From the NCBI GenBank assembly GCA_035637315.1, contig DASPXK010000303.1, forward strand, positions 10,201 through 74,200: a stretch of DNA of 64,000 nucleotides, written 5' to 3'. The notes beneath the pieces are model-generated. The model had not been told where the DNA came from and ran no database searches. It saw only the letters and a program-made list of their open reading frames with translations. Below are positions 54,951 to 64,000 of this stretch, piece after piece (the first letter of the stretch is position 1; every line of letters begins with the position of its first letter). The translations under genes and the position numbers were made by a program. The DNA comes from Chloroflexota bacterium (GTDB taxonomy: Bacteria; Chloroflexota; UBA6077; JACCZL01).

Positions 54951-55874
54951 TCAAGGCGGCCCCGGCTGCCGGGGCCCGAGCGGCCCGGGCTCTGCCAGCG
55001 CCTTGCGGTACAGCTCACGAAAGGTGTCCGCTCCAGCCGCGGGTCCCAAGGTAACCTCCAGGGCATCGAGCAACGCCAGTCGAAGCCTGTATCGGTCGAC
55101 TCCACCCTCTTCCGGGCCGCGGGCAGCGTAGGCGCCGGTCTCCTCGACGAGCGCTTGGGCCTCGGGCGGGAGCTGCCCACCAGGCAATTGGCCTGCCTGG
55201 ATCGCCTGGCGGACCTGGCTGGAGCCGATGTCGCTCAGCTCAGGTGGCACGTCGAGCAGTCTAACTGCACTGGCGAAATGTCGATTTTCGGCTCGTGTGA
55301 GCAGCTCAGCCAGCTGCTCGGCGCCGCCGGCTCCACGCGGCGCGACCAGAAAGGTGGCGATCGAGAACAGCCGCTCCAGCGCCGCGTCACGGTCATCGTA
55401 GTAGTGCGGATCAAATATCTGGACGATCTTGTCGAATCCGACTACGAAGACCACCGTCTGCACGTCGGCGATCACCATTCGAATCAGAGCTGCCTGGTCC
55501 ACGTACAGACCGCGGTTCAGCAGGAGCACTCCGAGACGCTGATCTCGTTCGGCGTACAACTGGAGGACTAACAAGCGGTCCTCGAGCGCCGCGCCGGTCA
55601 CGACCTCCTTGTCGACCGTGTGGGTGCTCAGGGCGAATAGAAGAACGTCGACCGAGCCGTTCGCCAGGGCGGCCTCGGCGAGGCCAGTGTGGGCAGTGGT
55701 CAATGGGTTGAAGGACCCGGGCAGCACCCCTGGCCGTGCCGCCCGACTCGGGTTGGCGCCGGAGACCAGCTCGGCTCGCGGCTCACGCGGGTCGGACACG
55801 CGCCGCAGGGCCGCCCGAAGGTCAAGCAGCCGTGGCAGGTCGTACAGCCGGTCTCGGAAAGTCTCCTCACTCAT
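54951..55874 (-). CDS. cytidylyltransferase-like nucleotidyltransferase family protein (NadD-like) with degenerate HxGH motif
   Basis: GSFNPLTTAHTGL in place of the canonical GxFxPxHxGH. Confidence 0.55.
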   Translation of the reverse strand: MSEETFRDRLYDLPRLLDLRAALRRVSDPREPRAELVSGANPSRAARPGVLPGSFNPLTTAHTGLAEAALANGSVDVLLFALSTHTVDKEVVTGAALEDRLLVLQLYAERDQRLGVLLLNRGLYVDQAALIRMVIADVQTVVFVVGFDKIVQIFDPHYYDDRDAALERLFSIATFLVAPRGAGGAEQLAELLTRAENRHFASAVRLLDVPPELSDIGSSQVRQAIQAGQLPGGQLPPEAQALVEETGAYAARGPEEGGVDRYRLRLALLDALEVTLGPAAGADTFRELYRKALAEPGPLGPRQPGPP

Positions 55875-55932
55875 ACCGCACCCGTACAATTAGATTACGC
55901 TGGTTGAGCAAGTTTGTGGAGGCAGCCAGCCT

Positions 55933-56304
55933 GTGACCATCGAGCGCCGAGCGCGCCCCGAGCCGGGGCGGCGTGGACCCGTGCCGGAGAGGGGCGTCCA
56001 TGTTGGACAACACGAGACTCAGCCCTGGCTGGACATAGCGCGCCTGAATGACAACGAGCTGGTTTTGTTCGATCGGGAGCGGCAGGAGAGCTGGATCGTC
56101 TTTCCGCCACGCTCGAGGTACGACTTTCTCAAGCGGCCAAGTCCGGAGACGGTCCTGGTCGAGCATCACCCATGGGCGCCCTTCAGCCCGATCGTCGAGC
56201 ATCTGATCCTGCCTCGCGAAGGCTGCCTGGAGCACCGCCTGGACTGCGGCGCGCAGACGGCGATCCAGGCTGGGCTGGACGCCGGCTGGAACCCATTCAA
56301 GTAG
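55933..56304 (+). CDS. hypothetical protein
   Basis: 123-aa ORF with protein-like alternation; competes with the antisense ORF 55867-56235. Confidence 0.3.
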   Translation: MTIERRARPEPGRRGPVPERGVHVGQHETQPWLDIARLNDNELVLFDRERQESWIVFPPRSRYDFLKRPSPETVLVEHHPWAPFSPIVEHLILPREGCLEHRLDCGAQTAIQAGLDAGWNPFK

Positions 56305-56353
56305 CGCGGCCTGCTACACTGCGAAAGGCTGAGAGCGGGGGAGGAGACGACCG

Positions 56354-57265
56354 ATGGACGAGCTGAAGACTCACGACCTGCCCAGCCTGCGGGCCGCGAC
56401 GCTAGTCGCGGCGTTCGCCGGGTGGCCGGACGCCGCCGAGGTCGCCTCCGGGTCGGCCCGCTATCTAGCCAGAAAACTGCGCGCCAAGCGCTTCGCCGAG
56501 ATCGATCCCGAAGAGTTCTACGTCTTCACCGAGACGCGTCCCAACACCGTTATCCTGGCGCCCGGCCAGCGCGCCCTCGAGTGGCCGAGCAACGAGTTCT
56601 TCGCCTGGCGCGATCCGGGCGGTGCCCGGGACCTCGTAATTCTCCAGGGGCGCGAGCCGAACCTGAACTGGCGTGGCTACATCGATATCGTGTTGGAGCT
56701 CGCGGAACGCTGCGAGGTGTCCCAGGTAGTGACGTTGGGCGGTACGTACGACGCCGTCCCCCACCGTGGCCCGGTGCAGCTCAGCGGCCACGCCACTACC
56801 CCTGAGCTGCGCCGTCTCTTCGACCGGCTGGGCATCTCCCAATCGAGCTACGAGGGTCCCAGCAGCGTCCAGTCTGCTCTCCTCGAGGCTTGCCAGCGGC
56901 GTGGCCTGGCGGCTGCAAGTCTGTGGGGCCACGCCCCGCACTACGTTCGCGCCGTCCCCAACCTCAAAGTCTCCCACGCTGTCCTCAAGACGTTGCGGGC
57001 CTGGCTGGAGCTCGAGGTGGACCTCGCCGAGCTGCATGAGGCGGGCCGCCAACTCGAAGCGCGCGTCGACGACGCCATCGCCGAGAATCCGGAGCTACAG
57101 GAGTACGTGCGCGAGCTCGGGGTAAGCCTCGACCAGCCGGCCGAGCCCTTGCCCGCCGAGGGCGCGCTTGACCTCCCGATGAAGCGACCCGATCCCGCCG
57201 AGCTGCTCCGCGAGCTGGACGAGCTACTCCGCCGAAGGCACGACGAGCCAAAAGAGCCGATCTGA
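56354..57265 (+). CDS. PAC2 (proteasome assembly chaperone 2-like) family protein
   Basis: GGAGGAG SD; ..LVAAFAGWPDAAEVASGSARYL.. typical PAC2 N-terminus; acidic C-terminal tail. Confidence 0.75.
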   Translation: MDELKTHDLPSLRAATLVAAFAGWPDAAEVASGSARYLARKLRAKRFAEIDPEEFYVFTETRPNTVILAPGQRALEWPSNEFFAWRDPGGARDLVILQGREPNLNWRGYIDIVLELAERCEVSQVVTLGGTYDAVPHRGPVQLSGHATTPELRRLFDRLGISQSSYEGPSSVQSALLEACQRRGLAAASLWGHAPHYVRAVPNLKVSHAVLKTLRAWLELEVDLAELHEAGRQLEARVDDAIAENPELQEYVRELGVSLDQPAEPLPAEGALDLPMKRPDPAELLRELDELLRRRHDEPKEPI

Positions 57266-57298
57266 ATTGGGCCGTCGAGCAGAATCATAGCGGGGGCT

Positions 57299-58087
57299 GT
57301 GGCGACGGCTGAGGAGCTGAAGGCGCGCGCATGCGCTGCGATCGACCAGCGCCGAGACACGATCGTTGGCATCGCCCGCGAGATGCTGGACCATCCTGAG
57401 ACTGGCTTCCGGGAGGTCCGAACGGCCCGAGTGGTGGCGCGGGCCTTCGGCGACCTCGGGCTGTCGTACCGCGAAGGCTTAGCCCTCACCGGCGTGCTGG
57501 CTGACGTCGCTGCGGGCGCCGGCAGCGGTCCGACCGTGGCCCTGATGGGCGAACCCGACGCACTTGGCGTGCCCGACAATCCGCGCGCCGACCCGACGAC
57601 TGGGGCGGTGCACGCCTGCGAACAAGAAGTGGACCGAGCCCTTCGGGGCGCCGCGATCGCGGTCGGCGCCGGTCTGGAGATAACCACGCTGCCCGGCTAC
57701 ATGCCACTCAGCCACGACCCGAACCTCAGTCAGCTGTATCGGCAAAACGCCAGCCGACTGGTGGACGAGCGTGAGGTCGTCGCCAATCTCGGCCACCGCA
57801 GCGCCTCGGCCGACATGGGCGACGTCAGCCAGATCATGCCTGTCCTTCACCCCTACGCGGGCGGCGCCACCGGACAAGGCCACGGCAGCGATTACGAGAT
57901 CGTCGACTACGAGACAGCGGCCGTCGTGCCTGCCAAGTGCATGGCGATGACGGTTATCGACCTGCTGGCAAGTCGCGCGGGTGCCGCGCGCCGCGTATTA
58001 GCCGAGCACAGGCCGGCGATGACGAAAGAGGAATACCTGGCGAGGCTGCGGGGCCTGGCTGTCGAGCAGAGGTTCAGCGACGCCTAG
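57299..58087 (+). CDS. M20-peptidase/amidohydrolase-like protein, truncated and lacking canonical metal ligands (probable pseudoenzyme)
   Basis: AVHACEQEV in place of the MHACGHD motif; the roughly 120-aa central catalytic segment is absent; 262 aa versus about 390 for the family. Confidence 0.55.
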   Translation: MATAEELKARACAAIDQRRDTIVGIAREMLDHPETGFREVRTARVVARAFGDLGLSYREGLALTGVLADVAAGAGSGPTVALMGEPDALGVPDNPRADPTTGAVHACEQEVDRALRGAAIAVGAGLEITTLPGYMPLSHDPNLSQLYRQNASRLVDEREVVANLGHRSASADMGDVSQIMPVLHPYAGGATGQGHGSDYEIVDYETAAVVPAKCMAMTVIDLLASRAGAARRVLAEHRPAMTKEEYLARLRGLAVEQRFSDA

Positions 58088-58233
58088 CTTGCTCCGCTCG
58101 CCCTTGAGTGGCTCGACCCAGACTTGAGTCGACCCCCAGGGGCTCGGAAAAGCGTTGACATTTGTCTGATTTTGCGTAGAATCGGGATTGGCGGTCTTGA
58201 CTGTCGACGAGGAGATTCCTACTGGGGGCTGGT

Positions 58234-58836
58234 GTGGCGGCGGCCTACGCTGAGTCTGCGCGCCCAGGCCGCACGAGGGTGGCGCGTGTTCGTCGTTGGA
58301 TGCCATTCCTGCTCAGCGGGCTTGTCACGCTGGCCGCCGCGCCGCTCGGTGTGGCCTTCTCGGAGCGCTTCGAGGAGTTGGCTAGTTACGCCGTGCTCGG
58401 CTATCCGATCCTGTTCCTGGTCCAGATGGTGGCCAGTGCAACACTGTTCCTTCCGGCCCCGGGCGCAGCCGTAGCCATGGTGGCCGGAACCGTCTGGAAC
58501 CCACTCTGGGTCGGCATCGTGGCCGGCCTTGGTAGCGCAACCGGAGAGCTGACTGGTTACGGACTGGGGTATTTTGGTCGCCGGGCCGTGCCCGTTGACA
58601 CGTCCCGAAGCCGGCGGCTGGCCGAACGCGGCTTTCGGCGCTGGGGGTTCCTGGCCCTATTCGCGCTGGCCCTGGTCCCGAACCCCCTCTTCGATGCACT
58701 TGGCATCCTGGCTGGCTGCCTGCGCTATCCGCTCATCCGCTACTGGCTCGCGACTGCCGCCGGCAAGATCCTGAAGTTCGGCATGCTCGCGTACGTGGCC
58801 GACGTCGCGACAGCCTTGATACGCGTCGTCTCCTAG
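58234..58836 (+). CDS. VTT/DedA-like (YqaA-type) membrane protein
   Basis: Multiple TM helices with a G-rich re-entrant motif ..GSATGELTGYGLGYFG..; true start may be the ATG at 58300. Confidence 0.6.
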   Translation: MAAAYAESARPGRTRVARVRRWMPFLLSGLVTLAAAPLGVAFSERFEELASYAVLGYPILFLVQMVASATLFLPAPGAAVAMVAGTVWNPLWVGIVAGLGSATGELTGYGLGYFGRRAVPVDTSRSRRLAERGFRRWGFLALFALALVPNPLFDALGILAGCLRYPLIRYWLATAAGKILKFGMLAYVADVATALIRVVS

Positions 58837-58856
58837 CGGGACAGACAGGCCGCGGA

Positions 58857-60761
58857 TCAGGCTGGGCGCCCCTCGATCTCGATGGGCTGGACCAGCGGCG
58901 CGGAGCCCCGAACTCGCCGGGCCACCAGATGCCAGCCCAGCACGACGAGGGGCGGAAGAAACATGGGCACGGCGCGCCAGTGATACAACCAATCGAGCGT
59001 TCGGTCACGCTCTAGCGGGGCCAAACCGTAATAGAGCAGTACGCCAGCCGACCAGACGACCATCGCCCAGGCGAGCGCGCCCCGTGGCCGCAACGCAGCG
59101 ATCGCCAGACCCCACAGCAGGTACCACGGGAAGAACCAGGTTGCCACCAACCAGTAGACGAGCACCAGCAGCGTCAGCCAGCCGCTCAAGAGCTGATCGG
59201 GCGTGTGCGCGGAGCGCATCAGGGCAAGCATGGCCAAACCGACCACGAGCCAGCCGGCTGCCCTGATCACCAGGTTGACTTGCCGGGCCACGTTGGTTCC
59301 CGCCGGTCCGCGCTCGTACGCTGCCAGCTCCTGGTCTTCGGCCAGCTCGGTCGGCCTGGTCGTCGAGCGGAGAGCGGACAGCGACACGTAGCCAGTCAAT
59401 CGGCTGGTCGGGTCGTACACTCGCTGCCAGCGCCCATCGGAGCGGTTGAGAGCCAGCACCACCTGATCCTCCTCGATCCGGGCGATTGGGATCTCGGCTC
59501 GTTCGAGGAACAGGTCGGTTCCGGACGAGGCGGCGGCCCACCACGGTCGAAACTCCAGCCGCTCGACTACTTGGAGTGAATCGTCACCCAGCCACAGCCG
59601 GATTCTCGCGAACACCAGCTCGGCTGGGCTGTTGAGATACCGGGCTGGCGATGAGACGAGCGCCCCGACGGCCAGCGCGCCATCGCCACGCCAGAAGGGC
59701 GCAAACGATAGCGCCGCCAGCACCCCCGCCGCCGCGACGCCCAGTGCAACCCTCCGACGTTCGGCGGGACCGCGCGCCCGTCGAAGGAGCGCGACCAGGT
59801 AGAGTGGGGCTAGCGCCGCCGCCGAGTACTTCACCAGCACGCCCCCGGCCAGGGCCGCCAGACCCACAACCGGGCGACGCCAGACTAGTCCGGCGGCGGC
59901 CAGGACGAGCAGGAGCGCCAGCACCGCATCGTTGTGGCCGCTGCCGGCGCTCTCGAGGATGACGAGCGGATTCCAGGCCCACAGCGCCACCCCGAGCGCC
60001 GCTCGGGATGGGTCTGATCGCCTCAACAGGCGCCAGATGAGGAAACTGGTGGCGATCACAGCCGCGGCTGGAACGAGTCTGAACAGCAGCAATGTCGGCC
60101 CAAGCTGCTCGCCGCCGAGCCAGGCACAGACCTCAGAGATCAGCGTCCACAGCGGACCATAGAAGTTCGGGACCTCGCGCCAGTCCACCAGTGGCAGGTA
60201 GGGGTCCTGGGGGAAGCGAATGGGCACGTCGACGTAGGGATTGCCACCATAGACGGCCGCGATGCGCCCGTTGAGGACGTAGCTAAAGAGATCCTTGGAG
60301 AAGAGCCGACGCGAGCACAGGCCGGTCAGCTCGAACACGACCGCGAAGAGCAGGACGACTCGGCCAGCTGAGAGGTCGGAGCGCCGACGCAATGCGCGCA
60401 GTGCCAGGACGTATGACCCGAACAGCGCGAGGAAACAGCCGACCTGCAGGCCGATGGCCAGAGGCGTCATTCCGATCCATGGCTTCAACAGCCTCATCTG
60501 GTCATGTATGGGTTGTCCGAGCAGCCACAGCCACGGCAGCAGCTCGTCCATGCCCGAGTCCGCTGTTAGCGGGACGAGTGGCGCCGGCACGAATGAGAGC
60601 ACCAGCAGCAGTTCCAGCAGCAGGCCGGCCCAGACGAGACCGGCTAACCGACCCCGCCGCAGCGCGGAGCCGGGCCACTTTGACCAAAGGGACTCCCCAG
60701 CCGACTCGGTACAGCGGTCGGCATCGGTCCAGATGGGCGGAGCGAGTCGAGGGAGTGCCAT
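58857..60761 (-). CDS. GT-C fold integral membrane glycosyltransferase (DUF2029/GT87-like)
   Basis: More than 10 predicted TM helices; family assignment is from overall architecture only; start uncertain (60761 or 60806 or 60860). Confidence 0.55.
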   Translation of the reverse strand: MALPRLAPPIWTDADRCTESAGESLWSKWPGSALRRGRLAGLVWAGLLLELLLVLSFVPAPLVPLTADSGMDELLPWLWLLGQPIHDQMRLLKPWIGMTPLAIGLQVGCFLALFGSYVLALRALRRRSDLSAGRVVLLFAVVFELTGLCSRRLFSKDLFSYVLNGRIAAVYGGNPYVDVPIRFPQDPYLPLVDWREVPNFYGPLWTLISEVCAWLGGEQLGPTLLLFRLVPAAAVIATSFLIWRLLRRSDPSRAALGVALWAWNPLVILESAGSGHNDAVLALLLVLAAAGLVWRRPVVGLAALAGGVLVKYSAAALAPLYLVALLRRARGPAERRRVALGVAAAGVLAALSFAPFWRGDGALAVGALVSSPARYLNSPAELVFARIRLWLGDDSLQVVERLEFRPWWAAASSGTDLFLERAEIPIARIEEDQVVLALNRSDGRWQRVYDPTSRLTGYVSLSALRSTTRPTELAEDQELAAYERGPAGTNVARQVNLVIRAAGWLVVGLAMLALMRSAHTPDQLLSGWLTLLVLVYWLVATWFFPWYLLWGLAIAALRPRGALAWAMVVWSAGVLLYYGLAPLERDRTLDWLYHWRAVPMFLPPLVVLGWHLVARRVRGSAPLVQPIEIEGRPA

Positions 60762-60941
60762 GCTGGCGACGGCTGAGCAACGGCCCGGACCCGCCGAGCG
60801 TCTCATCGGCGGGGCGCGATCCTCGGGAGCTTGCAGCGCGAGGGCGTTTGGCTCCAACATTCTTGGACTCCCGCGGCCGGGCTGTCAAGGCTTTGCCAGA
60901 CAGCGCCGTCTGGCTCACAACGTGGGGATTCGAGGTGGCGC

Positions 60942-61955
60942 GTGGCAGGCCTCGCACGCTGGATCGTCACGCCGGCGCTCATCATCTTCATCGCGGTCGT
61001 CGCGACCGCGCGTCTGGCGGCTGCTGGCAGTGCCGGCGATGGCGGCCCGATCATCGAGCTATCCCCACAGCAGAGCGGCATCAAGGGGATTGTCGGGCAC
61101 TGGTGGTACCTCGACGCCAACCTGAGCCGCTTTGTCGATGCCTACGCCGACCTGGGCGTGACGACGGTCCGATTGACTACCGACTGGCGGCAGATCGAGC
61201 CCGAGGAGGGTCGGCGCGACTTCGCCCGAACCGACCGTCTGTTTGGCACCCTCCTGGGACGCGGGATCGAGCCGGTGCCCGTGTTCGCCACCATCCCCGC
61301 CTGGGCCTCGCTGAATCCGGACGACTGCCGGGCGGATGAGCTGGCCTGCCAACCCGATCCCGCCAAGCTCGAGGCTTTCGCTGCCACGGCTGCCCAAATC
61401 GTCGGGCGCTATCCGCGCATCACTCGATGGGAATTTTGGAACGAGCCGGAAATGTGGCCCGGAATGCGCGATCCGGCCGTCCATCAGGTCTGGTATCTTG
61501 CCTTCTACCAAGCTGCCAAACGCGCCAACCCCAGTGCGCGAATCGCTCTGGGTACGCTTACGGGCTGGGAGTTCGTGAACCGCCTGGATCCCAATCTCCC
61601 GTTCGACGCAGTCACGATGCACTCATTCGAGGACGAGCGGGGCGACCCGATCTACACGTCCCGCCTCGAACAGCTCCACGACGAGCTGGCGGCGCGCGGG
61701 CGGGGCGTTCCGCTCTGGTTGACCGAATACGGCTGGGACTCACGCTGGCTCAACGACCGCGGTCGGGCGGAGACGATCCGCTGGGTCTTCGATTGGCTGC
61801 GGGCTCACCCCTTCGTCGAGTTAGCCCATTACCATATGTTGCACGACACTGCGGACCCGCAGACGTGCTGTTTCGGACTGCTCGGTCCGCCTCCTGACTT
61901 CGAGCCCAAGCGTCTCGCCTACGACGCGTTCCGCGCCTATGTGGTGAGGCGGTAG
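60942..61955 (+). CDS. clan GH-A glycoside hydrolase (GH5-like) with N-terminal signal anchor
   Basis: GTG 60942 with GAGGTG SD; catalytic acid/base WEFWNEPE and nucleophile LTEYGW motifs. Confidence 0.7.
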   Translation: MAGLARWIVTPALIIFIAVVATARLAAAGSAGDGGPIIELSPQQSGIKGIVGHWWYLDANLSRFVDAYADLGVTTVRLTTDWRQIEPEEGRRDFARTDRLFGTLLGRGIEPVPVFATIPAWASLNPDDCRADELACQPDPAKLEAFAATAAQIVGRYPRITRWEFWNEPEMWPGMRDPAVHQVWYLAFYQAAKRANPSARIALGTLTGWEFVNRLDPNLPFDAVTMHSFEDERGDPIYTSRLEQLHDELAARGRGVPLWLTEYGWDSRWLNDRGRAETIRWVFDWLRAHPFVELAHYHMLHDTADPQTCCFGLLGPPPDFEPKRLAYDAFRAYVVRR

Positions 61956-61968
61956 GACAACCATCAGC

Positions 61969-63843
61969 GTGCAAGTCCTCCCCCGTTCGCGCGCATCCGA
62001 CACGTTGCCGCTCACCCCAGAGCCGCCGTGGCCTGCAGACCGTGCCGCTCCGGCGCCGCGTGGCTTCCGCCCTCGCCTTCCGGGACTTGCACAGATTCTC
62101 GTGGCCGGTCTCGCGCTCACCGCCGCGACGCCGCTGCTGAGCGGCCGAATGGTGGCGGGACACGATGCGCTCGAGCACGCTACGCGAACGGCGGAGTACG
62201 CTCGCGCCCTGGCCGACGGGATCTGGTGGCCAGGCTGGGCACCAGATCTAGGGCATGGCTACGGCGAGCCGGTGTTCATGTTCAACCCGCCCCTCTTCTA
62301 CGTCCTCGCGGCCGTGCCGGTCCTGGCAGGACTGCCGGTCGTCTCGGCCGTTAATCTGGCCTGCATCCTGCTGCTGGCGATTGGCGGGCTAGGCATGTAT
62401 GCGTGGTCCGTGCGGTTCCTGGGCAAGCTGGGCGGGTTGGTGGCGGCGACGGCGTACGTGTGGGCGCCATACGTGCTGCTCGATCTGTACGTTCGACAGG
62501 CACTCACCGAGCTGGCGGCTGCTTGCGTGCTTCCCTGGTCACTCTGGGCTCTGGCCCGCACCTGTGAGGCGCCCGGGCGTCGGCGTGTGGCGTTGGCCGC
62601 CGTCGCGGTGGGGGGGCTGCTGCTGACCAGCACCCCGGCCGCGGTCGTCACCGCCCCGGCCCTCGTCGGGCAGATCATTGCTCTCTTCCATGCGCGCCGC
62701 CCGGCCGCGGCCGCTCGCAGCCTGGCGGCCTTGGCGCTCGGCGCTCTGCTGTCAGCAAGCTTCTGGGTGCCTGCGCTAACGGAGCGCCAGCAGGTCCGTT
62801 TCGATCGACTGTTGACCGGGCAGCCCGCCTATTACAACCACTTCGTCGAGCCGTGGCAGCTGTTGAGCTCGAACTGGGGCTACGGCGTGTCCGTGCCCGG
62901 GCCTAACGACGGCATGGGGTTCGGACTCGGAGAAGCGCACCTTGTGCTGGCCGCCTGCGCGCTGGTCCTCATCTTTGGGCGGCACGCGCGGGGCGTGGTC
63001 GGCCGCCAGCTGTGGTTGGCGGTCGCCCTGGTGGCTCTCGGCGCCGGGCTTTCCATGGAGCTGACGTCGCCGATCTGGGATCGCGTCGCGGTGCTCCAGT
63101 ACCTCCAGTTCCCGTGGCGCTTTCTACTTCTCGCCGCGCTCGGGTGCGCGACTCTCGCCGCGGCGCCCGCGACGCTGCTGAGTCGCCGCCATCCCTCGGC
63201 GGCCACCGCCGCGGCCGCCCTCAGCATATCCCTGATCGTCGTGTGCAGCTGGGGCCGCGCACAGCCGGGCGATCTCGTGGCGGCCTTCGACGAAAAATTC
63301 ACCTCCACGGCGATCGCGAACCGAGACCGCGCTCAGGGTACCGCTTACGAGTACGAGACGATCTGGACCGAGGGCCGACCCGGCCAACCGGCTCGTTCGC
63401 GCCTGCTCATCCAGAGTGGGTCTGCAGACATTGTCCAAGTTGGCGGCTCTTCACAGCAGCAGCGCTTCAAGCTAACGGCGCGCACGCGCACCCGTCTCCG
63501 CCTGAGCACCTTCTATTTCCCCGGTTGGCGCGTGTTCGTCGACGACCACGAGCGGCCGATCGAGTATTGGAATCCCAGTGGCCTCATCGAATTCGTGGTC
63601 GAGCGTGGCGAGCACGTCGTCGAGGCGCGCTTCGAGCCGACCCCCGAAGGCTGGCTTGGCCGAGCGCTGGCCGGACTAGGGCTCCTAGCGCTCGTCCTGA
63701 CGTTCGCCTGGGGAGCTTCCTGGCCCGCGGTGGGTGCTATCTGGATACGCGGTGCCACCCGCATCCCCCCGCCCCTTCCCCCTCAAGGGAGGAAGGCCTT
63801 ACCCCCCGCCCCTCTTCCCTTGAGGGAGCGGGGCGGGGGGTGA
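61969..63843 (+). CDS. large polytopic membrane protein (YfhO-like / GT-C-like)
   Basis: 624 aa, multiple TM helices, family call from architecture; the 3' end and stop lie in a GC-rich repeat. Confidence 0.5.
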   Translation: MQVLPRSRASDTLPLTPEPPWPADRAAPAPRGFRPRLPGLAQILVAGLALTAATPLLSGRMVAGHDALEHATRTAEYARALADGIWWPGWAPDLGHGYGEPVFMFNPPLFYVLAAVPVLAGLPVVSAVNLACILLLAIGGLGMYAWSVRFLGKLGGLVAATAYVWAPYVLLDLYVRQALTELAAACVLPWSLWALARTCEAPGRRRVALAAVAVGGLLLTSTPAAVVTAPALVGQIIALFHARRPAAAARSLAALALGALLSASFWVPALTERQQVRFDRLLTGQPAYYNHFVEPWQLLSSNWGYGVSVPGPNDGMGFGLGEAHLVLAACALVLIFGRHARGVVGRQLWLAVALVALGAGLSMELTSPIWDRVAVLQYLQFPWRFLLLAALGCATLAAAPATLLSRRHPSAATAAAALSISLIVVCSWGRAQPGDLVAAFDEKFTSTAIANRDRAQGTAYEYETIWTEGRPGQPARSRLLIQSGSADIVQVGGSSQQQRFKLTARTRTRLRLSTFYFPGWRVFVDDHERPIEYWNPSGLIEFVVERGEHVVEARFEPTPEGWLGRALAGLGLLALVLTFAWGASWPAVGAIWIRGATRIPPPLPPQGRKALPPAPLPLRERGGG

Positions 63844-63860
63844 GGGGAGGAGGGCCCAGC
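63765..63860. repeat. GC-rich repeat CCCCTTCCCCCTCAAGGGAGGAAGG...CCCCTCTTCCCTTGAGGGAGCGGGGCGGGGGG (family shared with 32350-32410)
   Basis: Direct reading of sequence; the two halves are imperfect inverted copies. Confidence 0.6.
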
Positions 63861-64000
63861 GTGATCGAGGCTGGTATCGCCGCGCCGGCCGTCGTCTCAG
63901 CCTGACACATGGCGCCGGCGGTCGCCGCTCCGCCAAGCCTGATTCGGGCTCGCCGTTTGCTCGGGGCCGCCTTCGTCCTGCTGCTTGCCACGGTCACGCT

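Noticed and set aside
1-64000. rRNA, tmRNA, RNase P, SRP RNA, transposases, phage genes
   Set aside because: No conserved signature stretches or recognisable protein families of these types were seen on either strand

Overview
This is a 64-kb window of a high-GC (about 68%) bacterial chromosome. An F420-type LLM oxidoreductase, a PAC2 protein, a sortase, a WYL regulator, GatCAB and a PBP2 with a Pro-rich tail suggest an Actinomycetota/Chloroflexota-like lineage; this is inference only. The window holds about 60 protein-coding genes, most of them housekeeping or metabolic. These include a partial CoxL/CoxS-type molybdoenzyme, PlsC, PBP2, TopA, PepP, EF-P, AccB, XseAB, Mdh, an IDH-family dehydrogenase, GlcDF, GatCAB, QueF, and a five-gene operon of citrate synthase, a PrpF-like isomerase, an aconitase-family dehydratase, a MetE-core-like protein and a ThrC-like enzyme. 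A cell-envelope glycosylation cluster and one tRNA-Arg are also present. Between these lie accessory-looking stretches: three toxin-antitoxin modules (VapBC twice, BrnTA), a PD-(D/E)xK nuclease-like gene, decayed gene fragments, and an ABC substrate-binding gene split into two oppositely oriented halves 13.7 kb apart, consistent with a chromosomal inversion. Two unusual small-repeat classes stand out. The first is palindromic arrays of tandem 7-bp units at gene boundaries, many placing stop codons in all frames on both strands. The second is a dispersed REP-like family with GTAGGGG...CCCCTAC ends that supplies the TAG stop codons of flanking genes. Four apparent frameshifts, all single-base deletions in G/C runs, suggest homopolymer errors in the assembly as an alternative to real pseudogenisation. 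No rRNA, CRISPR, integrase or transposase was found. Note that the ORF track translates GTG/TTG starts as M.
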